Origin: Tubulanus polymorphus
Taxonomy: Eukaryota; Animalia; Nemertea
Assembly: GCF_964204645.1 (NCBI RefSeq)
Contig: NC_134032.1
Span: 12,822,275 to 12,886,274 of the forward strand
Direction of reading: 5' to 3'
DNA: 64,000 nucleotides
The position numbers and the translations under genes are program-made. Of the stretch, positions 50,801 to 64,000 are shown one piece after another. A model generated the notes under the pieces. The model did not search any database. It was not told the DNA's origin and was given only the letters and a program-made list of their open reading frames with translations. The first letter of the stretch is position 1; the number at the start of each line of letters is the position of its first letter.

Positions 50801-53800
50801 TCCCACAGAAGAGTGGTCCCACAGAAGAGTCCAGCTAGAAATCAGCAAGTCATCTAAAATCTACCAATGATGTCATCCCACAGAAGAGACCATCTATAAA
50901 TCAACGAGTCATCTAAAATCTACCAATGAGGTCATCCCACAGAAGAGTCCAGCTAAAGAATCAACGAGTCACCTAAAAACTACCAATGAGATCATCCCAC
51001 TGAAGAAATCAGCAAGTCACCTAAAATCTACCAATGAGGTCATCCCACAGAAGAGTCCAGCTAAAGAATCAACGAGTCATCTAATAACTACCAATGAGAT
51101 CATCCCACAGAAGAGTCCAGCTAAAAAATCAACGAGTCATCTAAAATCTACCAATGAGGTCATCCCACAGAAGAGTCCAGATTCTTTAGAATCAACGAGT
51201 CACATAAAAACTACCAATGACATAATCCCACAGAAGAGTCCAGCTAGAAATCAACGAGTCACCTAAAAACTACCAATGAGATCATTCCATAGAAGAGTCC
51301 AGCTAGAAATCAGCAAGTCACCTAAAATCTACCAATGAGATCATCCCACAGAAGAAATCAGCAAGTCACCTAAAATCTACCAATGAGGTCATCCCACAGA
51401 AGAGTCCAGCTAAAGAATCAACGAGTCATCTAATAACTACCAATGAGATCATCCCACAGAAGAGTCCAGCTAAAAAATCGATGAGTCATCTAAAATCTAC
51501 CAATGAGGTCATCCCACAGAAGAGTCCAGCTAAAGAATCAACGAGTCACATAAAAACTACCAATGACATAATCCCACAGAAGAGTCAAGCTAGAAATCAA
51601 CGAGTCACCTAAAAACTACCAATGAGATCATCCCACAGAAGAGTCCAGCTAAAAATTAACCAGTCATCTAAAAACTACCAATGAGATCATCCCACTTCCA
51701 ATGAGATCATCCCACAGAAGTGTCCATCTAGAAATCAACGAGTCGCCTAAAAACTATTAATGAGATCATCCCACAGAAAAGTCCAGCTAGAAATCAACGA
51801 GTCACCTAAAAACTACCAATGAGATCATCCCACAGAAGAGTCCAGCTAGAAATCAACGAGTCACCTAAAAACTACCAATGAGATCATCCCGCAGAAGAGT
51901 CCAGCTAAAAATCAACCAGTCGTCTAAAAACTACCAATGAGATCATCCCACTTCCAATGAGATCATCCAACAGAAGAGTCCATCTAGAAATCAACGAGTC
52001 ATCTTAAATCTACCAATGAGATCATCCCCCAAAAGAGTCCAGCTAGAAATCAATGAGTCACCTAAAATCTACCAATGAGATCATCCCACAGAAGAGTCCA
52101 GCTAGAAATCAACAAGTCGCCTAAAAACTACCAATGAGATCATCCTAGAGAAGAGTCCAGCTAACGAATTAACGGGTCATCTAAAATATACCGATGAGAT
52201 CATCCCACAGAAGAGTCCAGCTAGAAATCAACGAGTCACCTAAAAACTACCAATGAGATCATCCCAGAGAAGAGTCCAGCTAGAAATCAACGAGTCACCT
52301 AAAATCTACCAATGCGATCATCCCATAGAAGAGTCCAGCTAGAAATCAACGAGTCACCTAAAAACTACCAATGAGATCATCCCAGAGAAGAGTCCAGCTA
52401 AAGAATTAACGGGTCATCTAAAATATACCGATGAGATCATCCCACAGAAGAGTCCAGCTAAAAAACTAACGAGTCATCTAAAATCTACCAATGAGATCAT
52501 CCCACAGAAGAGTCCAGCTAGAAATCAGCAAGTCACCTAAAATCTACCAATGAGGTCATCCCATAGAAGAGTCCAGCTAAAGAATCAACGAGTCATCTAA
52601 AAACTACCAATGAGATCATCCCACAGAAGAGTCCAGCTAAAAAATCAACGAGTCATCTAAAATCTACCAATGAGATCATCCCACAGAAGAATCCAGCTAG
52701 AAATCAACGAGTCATCTAAAATCTACCAATGAGATCATCCCACAGAAGAATCCAGCTAGAAATCAACGAGTCACCTAAAAACTACCAATGAGATCATCCC
52801 AGAGAAGAGTCCAGCTAGAAATCAACGAGTCACCTAAAAACTACCAATGAGATCATCCCAGAGAAGAGTCCAGCTAAAGAATTAACGGGTCATCTAAAAT
52901 ATACCGATGAGATCATCCCACAGAAGAGTCCAGCTAAAAAACTAACGAGTCATCTAAAATCTACCAATGAGATCATCCCACAGAAGAGTCCAGCTAGAAA
53001 TCAGCAAGTCACCTAAAATCTACCAATGAGGTCATCCCATAGAAGAGTCCAGCTAAAGAATCAACGAGTCATCTAAAAACTACCAATGAGATCATCCCAC
53101 AGAAGAGTCCAGCTAAAAAATCAACGAGTCATCTAAAATCTACCAATGAGATCATCCCACAGAAGAATCCAGCTAGAAATCAACGAGTCATCTAAAATCT
53201 ACCAATGAGATCGTCCCACAGAAGAGTCCAGCTAGAAGTCAACGAGTCACCTAAAACCTACCAATGAGATCACCCAACAAAAGAGTCCAGCTAGAAATCA
53301 ACGAGTCACCTAAAAACTACCGATGAGATCATCTCCCAAAAGAGTCCAGCTAGAAATCAACTAGTCACCTATAATCCACTGATGACATCATCCCCCAAAA
53401 TCAACGAGTCACCTAAAAACTACCAATGAGATCATCCCACAGAAGAGTCGTCCCACAGAAGAGTCCAGCTAGAAATCAACGAGTCATCTAAAATCTACCA
53501 ATGAGATCATCCAGCAAGAGTCCAGCTAGAAATCAGCGAGTCATCTAAAAACAACTAAGAAGATTCCGGCAGATATTTAACCCAGCAATCTCGAAAGGTA
53601 AGTTGATATACATTGAAATCATTGTGATTAATGCTTTATGAAATATTCTGTGACTACGATATCTTCTTTTACCCTTCTCAGCTAATGTCATCTATAACGC
53701 AAGAGCCCAGCTAAGAATCAACAAGTCACCTAAAAACTACCGATGAGATCATCCCACAAAAGAGTCCAGCTAGAAATCAACGAGTCACCTAAAAACTACC

Positions 53801-56800
53801 GATGAGATCATCCCCCAAAAGAGTCCAGCTAAAAATGAACGAGTCATCTAAAATCTACCAATGAGATCATCCCACAGAAGAGTCCAGCTACAAATCAACG
53901 AGTCATCTAAAAACTACCGATGAGATCATCCCACAGAAGAGTCCAGCTAGAAATCAACATAGTCATCTAATGACAACTAAGAAGATTCCAACAGATATTG
54001 AACCCAGCAATCTCGAAAGGTAAGTTGATTTACATTGACATCATTATGATTAATGCTTTATGAAATATTCTGTGACTACGAAATCTTCTTCTACCCTTCT
54101 CAGCTAAATGTCATCTATAACGGAAGAGTCCAGCTAGAAATCAACGAGTCACCTAAAAACTACCCATGAGATCATCCTCCAAAAGAGTCCAGCTAGAAAT
54201 CAACGAGTCATCTAAAACAACTAAGAAGATTCCAGCAGATATTGACCCAGAAATCTTGAAAGGTAAGTTGATATACATTGAAATCATTGTGATTAATGCT
54301 TTACGAAATATTCTGTGACTACGATATCTTCTTTTACTTTCCTCAGTTAATATCATCTATAATGCAAGAGCCCAGCTAAGAATCAACAAGTCACCTAAAA
54401 ACTACCCATGAAAAGAGTCCAGCTACAAATCAACGAGTCATCTAAAAACTACCGATGAGATCATCCCACAGAAGAGTCCAGCTACAAATCAACATAGTTA
54501 TCTAATGACAACTAAGAAGATTCCAGCAGATATTGACCCAGAAATCTCGAAAGGTAAGTTGATATACATCGAAATCATAATGATTAATGCTTTATGAAAT
54601 ATTCTGTGATTACGATATCATCTATTACCCATCTCAGCTAAATGTCATCTATAACGCAGGAGCCCAGCTAGAAATCAATGAGAGCCGCCTAAAATCTACC
54701 GATGAGATTAGCCCACAGAAGAGTCCAGCTAGAAATCAACGAGTCATCTAAGATCTACCAATGAGATCATCCAGCAAAAGAGTCCAGCTAGAAATCAACA
54801 AGTCATCTAAAAACAACTAAGAAGATTCCAGCAGATATTGAACCCAGCAATCTCGAAAGGTAAGTTGATATACATTGAAATCATTGTGATTAATGCTTTA
54901 CGAAATATTCTGTGACTACGATATCTTCTTTTAACCATCTCAGCTAAATGTCATCTATAACGCAAGAGCCCAGCTAGAAATCAAAGAGTCACCTAAAAAC
55001 TACCGATGAGATCTTCCCCCAAGAAGTCCAGCTAGAAATCAACGTGTCATCAAAAATCTACCAATGAGATCATCCCATAGAAGAGTCCAGCTAGAAATCA
55101 ACGAGTCACCTAAAATCTACCAAGGAGATCATCCCCCAAAAGAGTCCATCTAGAAATCAACGAGTCATCTTAAATCTACCAATGAGATCATCCCCCAAAA
55201 GAGTCCAGCTAGAAATCAACGAGTCACCTAAAAACTACCAATGAGATCATCCTAGAGAAGAGTCCAGCTAACGAATTAACGGGTCATCTAAAATATACCG
55301 ATGAGATCATCCCACAGAAGAGTCCAGCTAGAAATCAACGAGTCACCTAAAATCTACCAATGAGATCATACCACAGAAGAGTCCGGCTAGAAATCAAAGA
55401 ATCACCTAAAAACTACCAATGAGATCATCCCAGAGAAGAGCCCAGCTAAAGAATTAACGGGTCATCTAAAATATACCGATGAGATCATCCCACAGAAGAG
55501 TCCAGCTAAAAAACAAACGAGTCATCTAAAATCTACCAATGAGATCATCCCACAGAAGAGTCCAGCTAGAAATCAGCAAGTCACCTAAAATCTACCAATG
55601 CGATCATCCCACAGAAGAGTCCAGCTAGAAATCAACGAGTCATCTAAAAACTACCAATGAGATCATCCCAGAGAAGAGTCCAGCTAAAGAATTAACGGGT
55701 CATCTAAAATATACCGATGAGATCATCCCACAGAAGAGTCCAGCTAAAAAACTAACGAGTCATCTAAAATCTACCAATGAGATCATCCCACAGAAGAGTC
55801 CAGCTAGAAATCAGCAAGTCACCTAAAATCTACCAATGAGGTCATCCCATAGAAGGGTCCAGCTAAAGAATCAACGAGTCATCTAAAAACTACCAATGAG
55901 ATCATCCCACAGAAGAGTCCAGCTAAAAAATCAACGAGTCATCTAAAATCTACCAATGAGATCATCCCACAGAAGAATCCAGCTAGAAATCAACGAGTCA
56001 TCTAAAATCTACCAATGAGATCATCCCACAGAAGAATCCAGCTAGAAATCAACGAGTCACCTAAAAACTACCAATGAGATCATCCCAGAGAAGAGTCCAG
56101 CTAGAAATCAACGAGTCACCTAAAAACTACCAATGAGATCATCCCAGAGAAGAGTCCAGCTAAAGAATTAACGGGTCATCTAAAATATACCGATGAGATC
56201 ATCCCACAGAAGAGTCCAGCTAAAAAACTAACGAGTCATCTAAAATCTACCAATGAGATCATCCCACAGAAGAGTCCAGCTAGAAATCAGCAAGTCACCT
56301 AAAATCTACCAATGAGGTCATCCCATAGAAGAGTCCAGCTAAAGAATCAACGAGTCATCTAAAAACTACCAATGAGATCATCCCACAGAAGAGTCCAGCT
56401 AAAAAATCAACGAGTCATCTAAAATCTACCAATGAGATCATCCCACAGAAGAATCCAGCTAGAAATCAACGAGTCATCTAAAATCTACCAATGAGATCGT
56501 CCCACAGAAGAGTCCAGCTAGAAGTCAACGAGTCATCTAAAGTCTTGCAATGAGATCATCCCCCAAAAGAGTCCAGCTAAAAATCAACGAGTCACCTAAA
56601 ACCTACCAATGAGATCACCCAACAAAAGAGTCCAGCTAGAAATCAACGAGTCACCTAAAAACTACCGATGAGATCATCTCCCAAAAGAGTCCAGCTAGAA
56701 ATCAACTAGTCACCTATAATCCACTGATGACATCATCCCCCAAAATCAACGAGTCACCTAAAAACTACCAATGAGATCATCCCACAGAAGAGTCGTCCCA

Positions 56801-59800
56801 CAGAAGAGTCCAGCTAGAAATCAACGAGTCATCTAAAATCTACCAATGAGATCATCCAGCAAGAGTCCAGCTAGAAATCAGCGAGTCATCTAAAAACAAC
56901 TAAGAAGATTCCGGCAGATATTTAACCCAGCAATCTCGAAAGGTAAGTTGATATACATTGAAATCATTGTGATTAATGCTTTATGAAATATTCTGTGACT
57001 ACGATATCTTCTTTTACCCTTCTCAGCTAATGTCATCTATAACGCAAGAGCCCAGCTAAGAATCAACAAGTCACCTAAAAACTACCGATGAGATCATCCC
57101 ACAAAAGTGTCCAGCTAGAAATCAACGAGTCACCTAAAAACTACCGATGAGATCATCCCCCAAAAGAGTCCAGCTAAAAATGAACAAGTCATCTAAAATC
57201 TACCAATGAGATCATCCCACAGAAGAGTCCAGCTACAAATCAACGAGTCATCTAAAAACTACCGATGAGATCATCCCACAGAAGAGTCCAGCTAGAAATC
57301 AACATAGTCATCTAATGACAACTAAGAAGATTCCAACAGATATTGAACCCAGCAATCTCGAAAGGTAAGTTGATTTACATTGACATCATTATGATTAATG
57401 CTTTATGAAATATTCTGTGACTACGAAATCTTCTTCTACCCTTCTCAGCTAAATGTCATCTATAACGGATGAGTCCAGCTAGAAATCAACGAGTCACCTA
57501 AAAACTACCCATGAGATCATCCTCCAAAAGAGTCCAGCTAGAAATCAACGAGTCATCTAAAACAACTAAGAAGATTCCAGCAGATATTGACCCAGAAATC
57601 TTGAAAGGTAAGTTGATATACATTGAAATCATTGTGATTAATGCTTTACGAAATATTCTGTGACTACGATATCTTCTTTTACTTTCCTCAGTTAATATCA
57701 TCTATAATGCAAGAGCCCAGCTAAGAATCAACAAGTCACCTAAAAACTACCCATGAAAAGAGTCCAGCTACAAATCAACGAGTCATCTAAAAACTACCGA
57801 TGAGATCATCCCACAAAAGAGTCCAGCTACAAATCAACATAGTTATCTAATGACAACTAAGAAGATTCCAGCAGATATTGGCCCAGAAATCTCGAAAGGT
57901 AAGTTGATATACATCGAAATCATAATGATTAATGCTTTATGAAATATTCTGTGATTACGATATCATCTATTACCCATCTCAGCTAAATGTCATCTATAAC
58001 GCAGGAGCCCAGCTAGAAATCAATGAGAGCCGCCTAAAATCTACCGATGAGATTAGCCCACAGAAGAGTCCAGCTAGAAATCAACGAGTCATCTAAGATC
58101 TACCAATGAGATCATCCAGCAAAAGAGTCCAGCTAGAAATCAACAAGTCATCTAAAAACAACTAAGAAGATTCCAGCAGATATTGAACCCAGCAATCTCG
58201 AAAGGTAAGTTGATATATATTGAAATCATTGTGATTAATGCTTTACGAAATATTCTGTGACTACGATATCTTCTTTTAACCATCTCAGCTAAATGTCATC
58301 TATAACGCAAGAGCCCAGCTAGAAATCAAAGAGTCACCTAAAAACTACCGATGAGATCTTCCCCCAAGAAGTCCAGCTAGAAATCAACGTGTCATCAAAA
58401 ATCTACCAATGAGATCATCCCATAGAAGAGTCCAGCTAGAAATCAACGAGTCACCTAAAATCTACCAAGGAGATCATCCCCCAAAAGAGTCCATCTAGAA
58501 ATCAACGAGTCATCTTAAATCTACCAATGAGATCATCCCCCAAAAGAGTCCAGCTAGAAATCAACGAGTCACCTAAAAACTACCAATGAGATCATCCCCC
58601 AAAAGAGTCCAGCTAGAAATCAACGAGTCACCTAAAATCTACCAATGAGATCATCCCACAGAAGAGTCCAGCTAGAAATCAACAAGTCGCCTAAAAACTA
58701 CCAATGAGATCATCCTAGAGAAGAGTCCAGCTAACGAATTAACGGGTCATCTAAAATATACCGATGAGATCATCCCACAGAAGAGTCCAGCTAGAAATCA
58801 ACGAGTCACCTAAAAACTACCAATGAGATCATCCCAGAGAAGAGTCCAGCTAGAAATCAACAAGTCACCTAAAATCTACCAATGCGATCATCCCACAGAA
58901 GAGTCCAGCTAGAAATCAACGAGTCACCTAAAAACTACCAATGAGATCATCCCAGAGAAGAGTCCAGCTAAAGAATTAACGGGTCATCTAAAATATACTG
59001 ATGAGATCATCCCACAGAAGAGTCCAGCTAAAAAACTTACGAGTCATCTAAAATCTACCAATGAGATCATCCCACAGAAGAGTCCAGCTAGAAATCAGCA
59101 AGTCACCTAAAATCTACCAATGAGGTCATCCCATAGAAGAGTCCAGCTAAAGAATCAACGAGTCATCTAAAAACTACCAATGAGATCATCCCACAGAAGA
59201 GTCCAGCTAAAAAATCAACGAGTCATCTAAAATCTACCAATGAGATCATCCCACAGAAGAATCCAGCTAGAAATCAACGAGTCATCTAAAATCTACCAAT
59301 GAGATCATCCCACAGAAGAATCCAGCTAGAAATCAACGAGTCACCTAAAAACTACCAATGAGATCATCCCAGAGAAGAGTCCAGCTAGAAATCAACGAGT
59401 CACCTAAAAACTACCAATGAGATCATCCCAGAGAAGAGTCCAGCTAAAGAATTAACGGGTCATCTAAAATATACCGATGAGATCATCCCACAGAAGAGTC
59501 CAGCTAAAAAACTAACGAGTCATCTAAAATCTACCAATGAGATCATCCCACAGAAGAGTCCAGCTAGAAATCAGCAAGTCACCTAAAATCTACCAATGAG
59601 GTCATCCCATAGAAGAGTCCAGCTAAAGAATCAACGAGTCATCTAAAAACTACCAATGAGATCATCCCACAGAAGAGTCCAGCTAAAAAATCAACGAGTC
59701 ATCTAAAATCTACCAATGAGATCATCCCACAGAAGAATCCAGCTAGAAATCAACGAGTCATCTAAAATCTACCAATGAGATCGTCCCACAGAAGAGTCCA

Positions 59801-62800
59801 GCTAGAAGTCAACGAGTCATCTAAAGTCTTGCAATGAGATCATCCCCCAAAAGAGTCCAGCTAAAAATCAACGAGTCACCTAAAACCTACCAATGAGATC
59901 ACCCAACAAAAGAGTCCAGCTAGAAATCAACGAGTCACCTAAAAACTACCGATGAGATCATCTCCCAAAAGAGTCCAGCTAGAAATCAACTAGTCACCTA
60001 TAATCCACTGATGACATCATCCCCCAAAATCAACCAGTCACCTAAAAACTACCAATGAGATCATCCCACAGAAGAGTCGTCCCACAGAAGAGTCCAGCTA
60101 GAAATCAACGAGTCATCTAAAATCTACCAATGAGATCATCCAGCAAGAGTCCAGCTAGAAATCAGCGAGTCATCTAAAAACAACTAAGAAGATTCCGGCA
60201 GATATTTAACCCAGCAATCTCGAAAGGTAAGTTGATATACATTGAAATCATTGTGATTAATGCTTTATGAAATATTCTGTGACTACGATATCTTCTTTTA
60301 CCCTTCTCAGCTAATGTCATCTATAACGCAAGAGCCCAGCTAAGAATCAACAAGTCACCTAAAAACTACCGATGAGATCATCCCACAAAAGAGTCCAGCT
60401 AGAAATCAACGAGTCACCTAAAAACTACCGATGAGATCATCCCCCAAAAGAGTCCAGCTAAAAATGAACGAGTCATCTAAAATCTACCAATGAGATCATC
60501 CCACAGAAGAGTCCAGCTACAAATCAACGAGTCATCTAAAAACTACCGATGAGATCATCCCACAGAAGAGTCCAGCTAGAAATCAACATAGTCATCTAAT
60601 GACAACTAAGAAGATTCCAACAGATATTGAACCCAGCAATCTCGAAAGGTAAGTTGATTTACATTGACATCATTATGATTAATGCTTTATGAAATATTCT
60701 GTGACTACGAAATCTTCTTCTACCCTTCTCAGCTAAATGTCATCTATAACGGATGAGTCCAGCTAGAAATCAACGAGTCACCTAAAAACTACCCATGAGA
60801 TCATCCTCCAAAAGAGTCCAGCTAGAAATCAACGAGTCATCTAAAACAACTAAGAAGATTCCAGCAGATATTGACCCAGAAATCTTGAAAGGTAAGTTGA
60901 TATACATTGAAATCATTGTGATTAATGCTTTACGAAATATTCTGTGACTACGATATCTTCTTTTACTTTCCTCAGTTAATATCATCTATAATGCAAGAGC
61001 CCAGCTAAGAATCAACAAGTCACCTAAAAACTACCCATGAAAAGAGTCCAGCTACAAATCAACGAGTCATCTAAAAACTACCGATGAGATCATCCCACAG
61101 AAGAGTCCAGCTACAAATCAACATAGTTATCTAATGACAACTAAGAAGATTCCAGCAGATATTGACCCAGAAATCTCGAAAGGTAAGTTGATTTACATCG
61201 AAATCATAATGATTAATGCTTTATGAAATATTCTGTGATTACGATATCATCTATTACCCATCTCAGCTAAATGTCATCTATAACGCAGGAGCCCAGCTAG
61301 AAATCAATGAGAGCCGCCTAAAATCTACCGATGAGATTAGCCCACAGAAGAGTCCAGCTAGAAATCAACGAGTCATCTAAGATCTACCAATGAGATCATC
61401 CAGCAAAAGAGTCCAGCTAGAAATCAACAAGTCATCTAAAAACAACTAAGAAGATTCCAGCAGATATTGAACCCAGCAATCTCGAAAGGTAAGTTGATAT
61501 ACATTGAAATCATTGTGATTAATGCTTTACGAAATATTCTGTGACTACGATATCTTCTTTTAACCATCTCAGCTAAATGTCATCTATAACGCAAGAGCCC
61601 AGCTAGAAATCAAAGAGTCACCTAAAAACTACCGATGAGATCTTCCCCCAAGAAGTCCAGCTAGAAATCAACGTGTCATCAAAAATCTACCAATGAGATC
61701 ATCCCATAGAAGAGTCCAGCTAGAAATCAACGAGTCACCTAAAATCTACCAAGGAGATCATCCCCCAAAAGAGTCCATCTAGAAATCAACGAGTCATCTT
61801 AAATCTACCAATGAGATCATCCCCCAAAAGAGTCCAGCTAGAAATCAACGAGTCACCTAAAAACTACCAATGAGATCATCCTAGAGAAGAGTCCAGCTAA
61901 CGAATTAACGGGTCATCTAAAATATACCGATGAGATCATCCCACAGAAGAGTCCAGCTAGAAATCAACGAGTCATCTAAAATCTACCAATGAGATCATCC
62001 CACAGAAGAGTCCAGCTAGAAATCAGCAAGTCACCTAAAATCTACCAATGAGGTCATCCCATAGAAGAGTCCAGCTAAAGAATCAACGAGTCATCTAAAA
62101 ACTACCAATGAGATCATCCCACAGAAGAGTCCAGCTAAAAAATCAACGAGTCATCTAAAATCTACCAATGAGATCATCCCACAGAAGAATCCAGCTAGAA
62201 ATCAACGATTCATCTAAAATCTACCAATGAGATCGTCCCACAGAAGAGTCCAGCTAGAAGTCAATGAGTCATCTAAAGTCTTGCAATGAGATCATCCCCC
62301 AAAAGAGTCCAGCTAAAAATCAACGAGTCACCTAAAACCTACCAATGAGATCACCCAACAAATGAGTCCAGCTAGAAATCAACGAGTCACCTAAAAACTA
62401 CCGATGAGATCATCTCCCAAAAGAGTCCAGCTAGAAATCAACTAGTCACCTATAATCCACTGATGACATCATCCCCCAAAATCAACGAGTCACCTAAAAA
62501 CTACCAATGAGATCATCCCACAGAAGAGTCGTCCCACAGAAGAGTCATCTAAAATCTACCAATGAGATCATCCAGCAAGAGTCCAGCTAGAAATCAGCGA
62601 GTCATCTAAAAACAACTAAGAAGATTCCGGCAGATATTGAACCTAGCAATCTCGAAAGGTAAGTTGATATACATTGAAATCATTGTGATTAATGCTTTAT
62701 GAAATATTCTGTGACTACGATATCTCCTTTTACCCTTCTCAGCTAATGTCATCTATAACGCAAGAGCCCAGCTAAGAATCAACAAGTCACCTAAAAACTA

Positions 62801-64000
62801 CCAATGAGATCATCCCACAAAAGAGTCCAGCTAGAAATCAACGTGTCGTCTAAAATCTATTAATGATATCATCCCACAGAAGAGTCCAGCTTGAAAATCA
62901 ACGAGTCACCTAAAAACTACCGATGAGATCATCCCCCAAAAGAGTCCAGCTAAAAATGAACGAGTCATCTAAAATCTACCAATGAGATCATCCCACAGAA
63001 GAATCCAGCTAGAAATCAACGAGTCATCTAAAATCTACCAATGAGATCGTCCCACAGAAGAGTCCAGCTAGAAGTCAACGAGTCATCTAAAGTCTTGCAA
63101 TGAGATCATCCCCCAAAAGAGTCCAGCTAAAAATCAACGAGTCACCTAAAACCTACCAATGAGATCACCCAACAAAAGAGTCCAGCTAGAAATCAACGAG
63201 TCACCTAAAAACTACCGATGAGATCATCTCCCAAAAGAGTCCAGCTAGAAATCAACTAGTCACCTATAATCCACTGATGACATCATCCCCCAAAATCAAC
63301 GAGTCACCTAAAAACTACCAATGAGATCATCCCACAGAAGAGTCGTCCCACAGAAGAGTCCAGCTAGAAATCAACGAGTCATCTAAAATCTACCAATGAG
63401 ATCATCCAGCAAGAGTCCAGCTAGAAATCAGCGAGTCATCTAAAAACAACTAAGAAGATTCCGGCAGATATTGAACCTAGCAATCTCGAAAGGTAAGTTG
63501 ATATACATTGAAATCATTGTGATTAATGCTTTATGAAATATTCTGTGACTACGATATCTTCTTTTACCCTTCTCAGCTAATGTCATCTATAACGCAAGAG
63601 CCCAGCTAAGAATCAACAAGTCACCTAAAAACTACCAATGAGATCATCCCACAAAAGAGTCCAGCTAGAAATCAACGTGTCGTCTAAAATCTATTAATGA
63701 TATCATCCCACAGAAGAGTTTAGCTGGAAAATCAACGAGTCACCTAAAAACTACCAACGAGATCATCCCCCAAAAGAGTCCAGCTAAAAATGAACGAGTC
63801 ATCTAAAATCTACCAATGAGATCATCCCACAGAAGAGTCCAGCTACAAATCAACGAGTCATCTAAAAACTACCGATGAGATCATCCCACAGAAGAGTCCA
63901 GCTAGAAATCAACATAGTCATCTAATGACAACTAAGAAGATTCCAACAGATATTGAACCCTGCAATCTCGAAAGGTAAGTTGATTTACATTGACATCATT
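35890..64000 (+). repeat. 59-bp tandem satellite array with higher-order repeats and 21 embedded ~85-nt intron-like units; continues beyond the window
   Basis: Consensus aagagtccagctagaaatcaacgagtcacctaaaaactaccaatgagatcatcccacag, roughly 430-450 monomers estimated from length, with stops in all three + frames. Confidence 0.95.

Noticed and set aside
54153-60985. Three identical 67-aa minus-strand ORFs (54153, 57498, 60782)
   Set aside because: They are antisense read-through of the intron unit plus satellite, repeated by the 3.3-kb higher-order repeat.
35890-64000. Satellite as a CRISPR array or a repetitive protein-coding exon
   Set aside because: There are no unique spacers or cas genes and the context is eukaryotic. 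The 59-bp unit is not a multiple of 3 and has stops in all + frames.
36000-64000. CCAAT and AP-1-like (cgagtca) motifs in every monomer as a transcription-factor sink
   Set aside because: These are short imperfect matches multiplied by repetition, with no independent support.

Overview
Eukaryotic, AT-rich, intron-containing animal DNA. The phosphagen kinase motifs (GGTL..CI.SG, IYACDP) suggest a lophotrochozoan invertebrate; this is an inference. From left to right: (1) the 5' part of DLAT (pyruvate dehydrogenase E2) on the minus strand, head-to-head with MORN2; (2) an ~8 kb intergenic region with MITE-like elements and minimal hammerhead-ribozyme-like motifs; (3) a 36-exon gene (12749-23088) that splices in frame into one 2159-aa protein made of SIX contiguous phosphagen (arginine-kinase-type) kinase domains, all with an altered guanidino-substrate signature; (4) a canonical single-domain arginine kinase with the same intron positions (24386-27901); (5) from ~29.5 kb, an apparently non-coding spliced locus whose exon repeat has expanded into a >28 kb array of a 59-bp satellite (35.9 kb to the window end), still punctuated by 21 intact-looking ~85-nt GT-AG introns. 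All gene models were spliced by hand; no database searches were possible.
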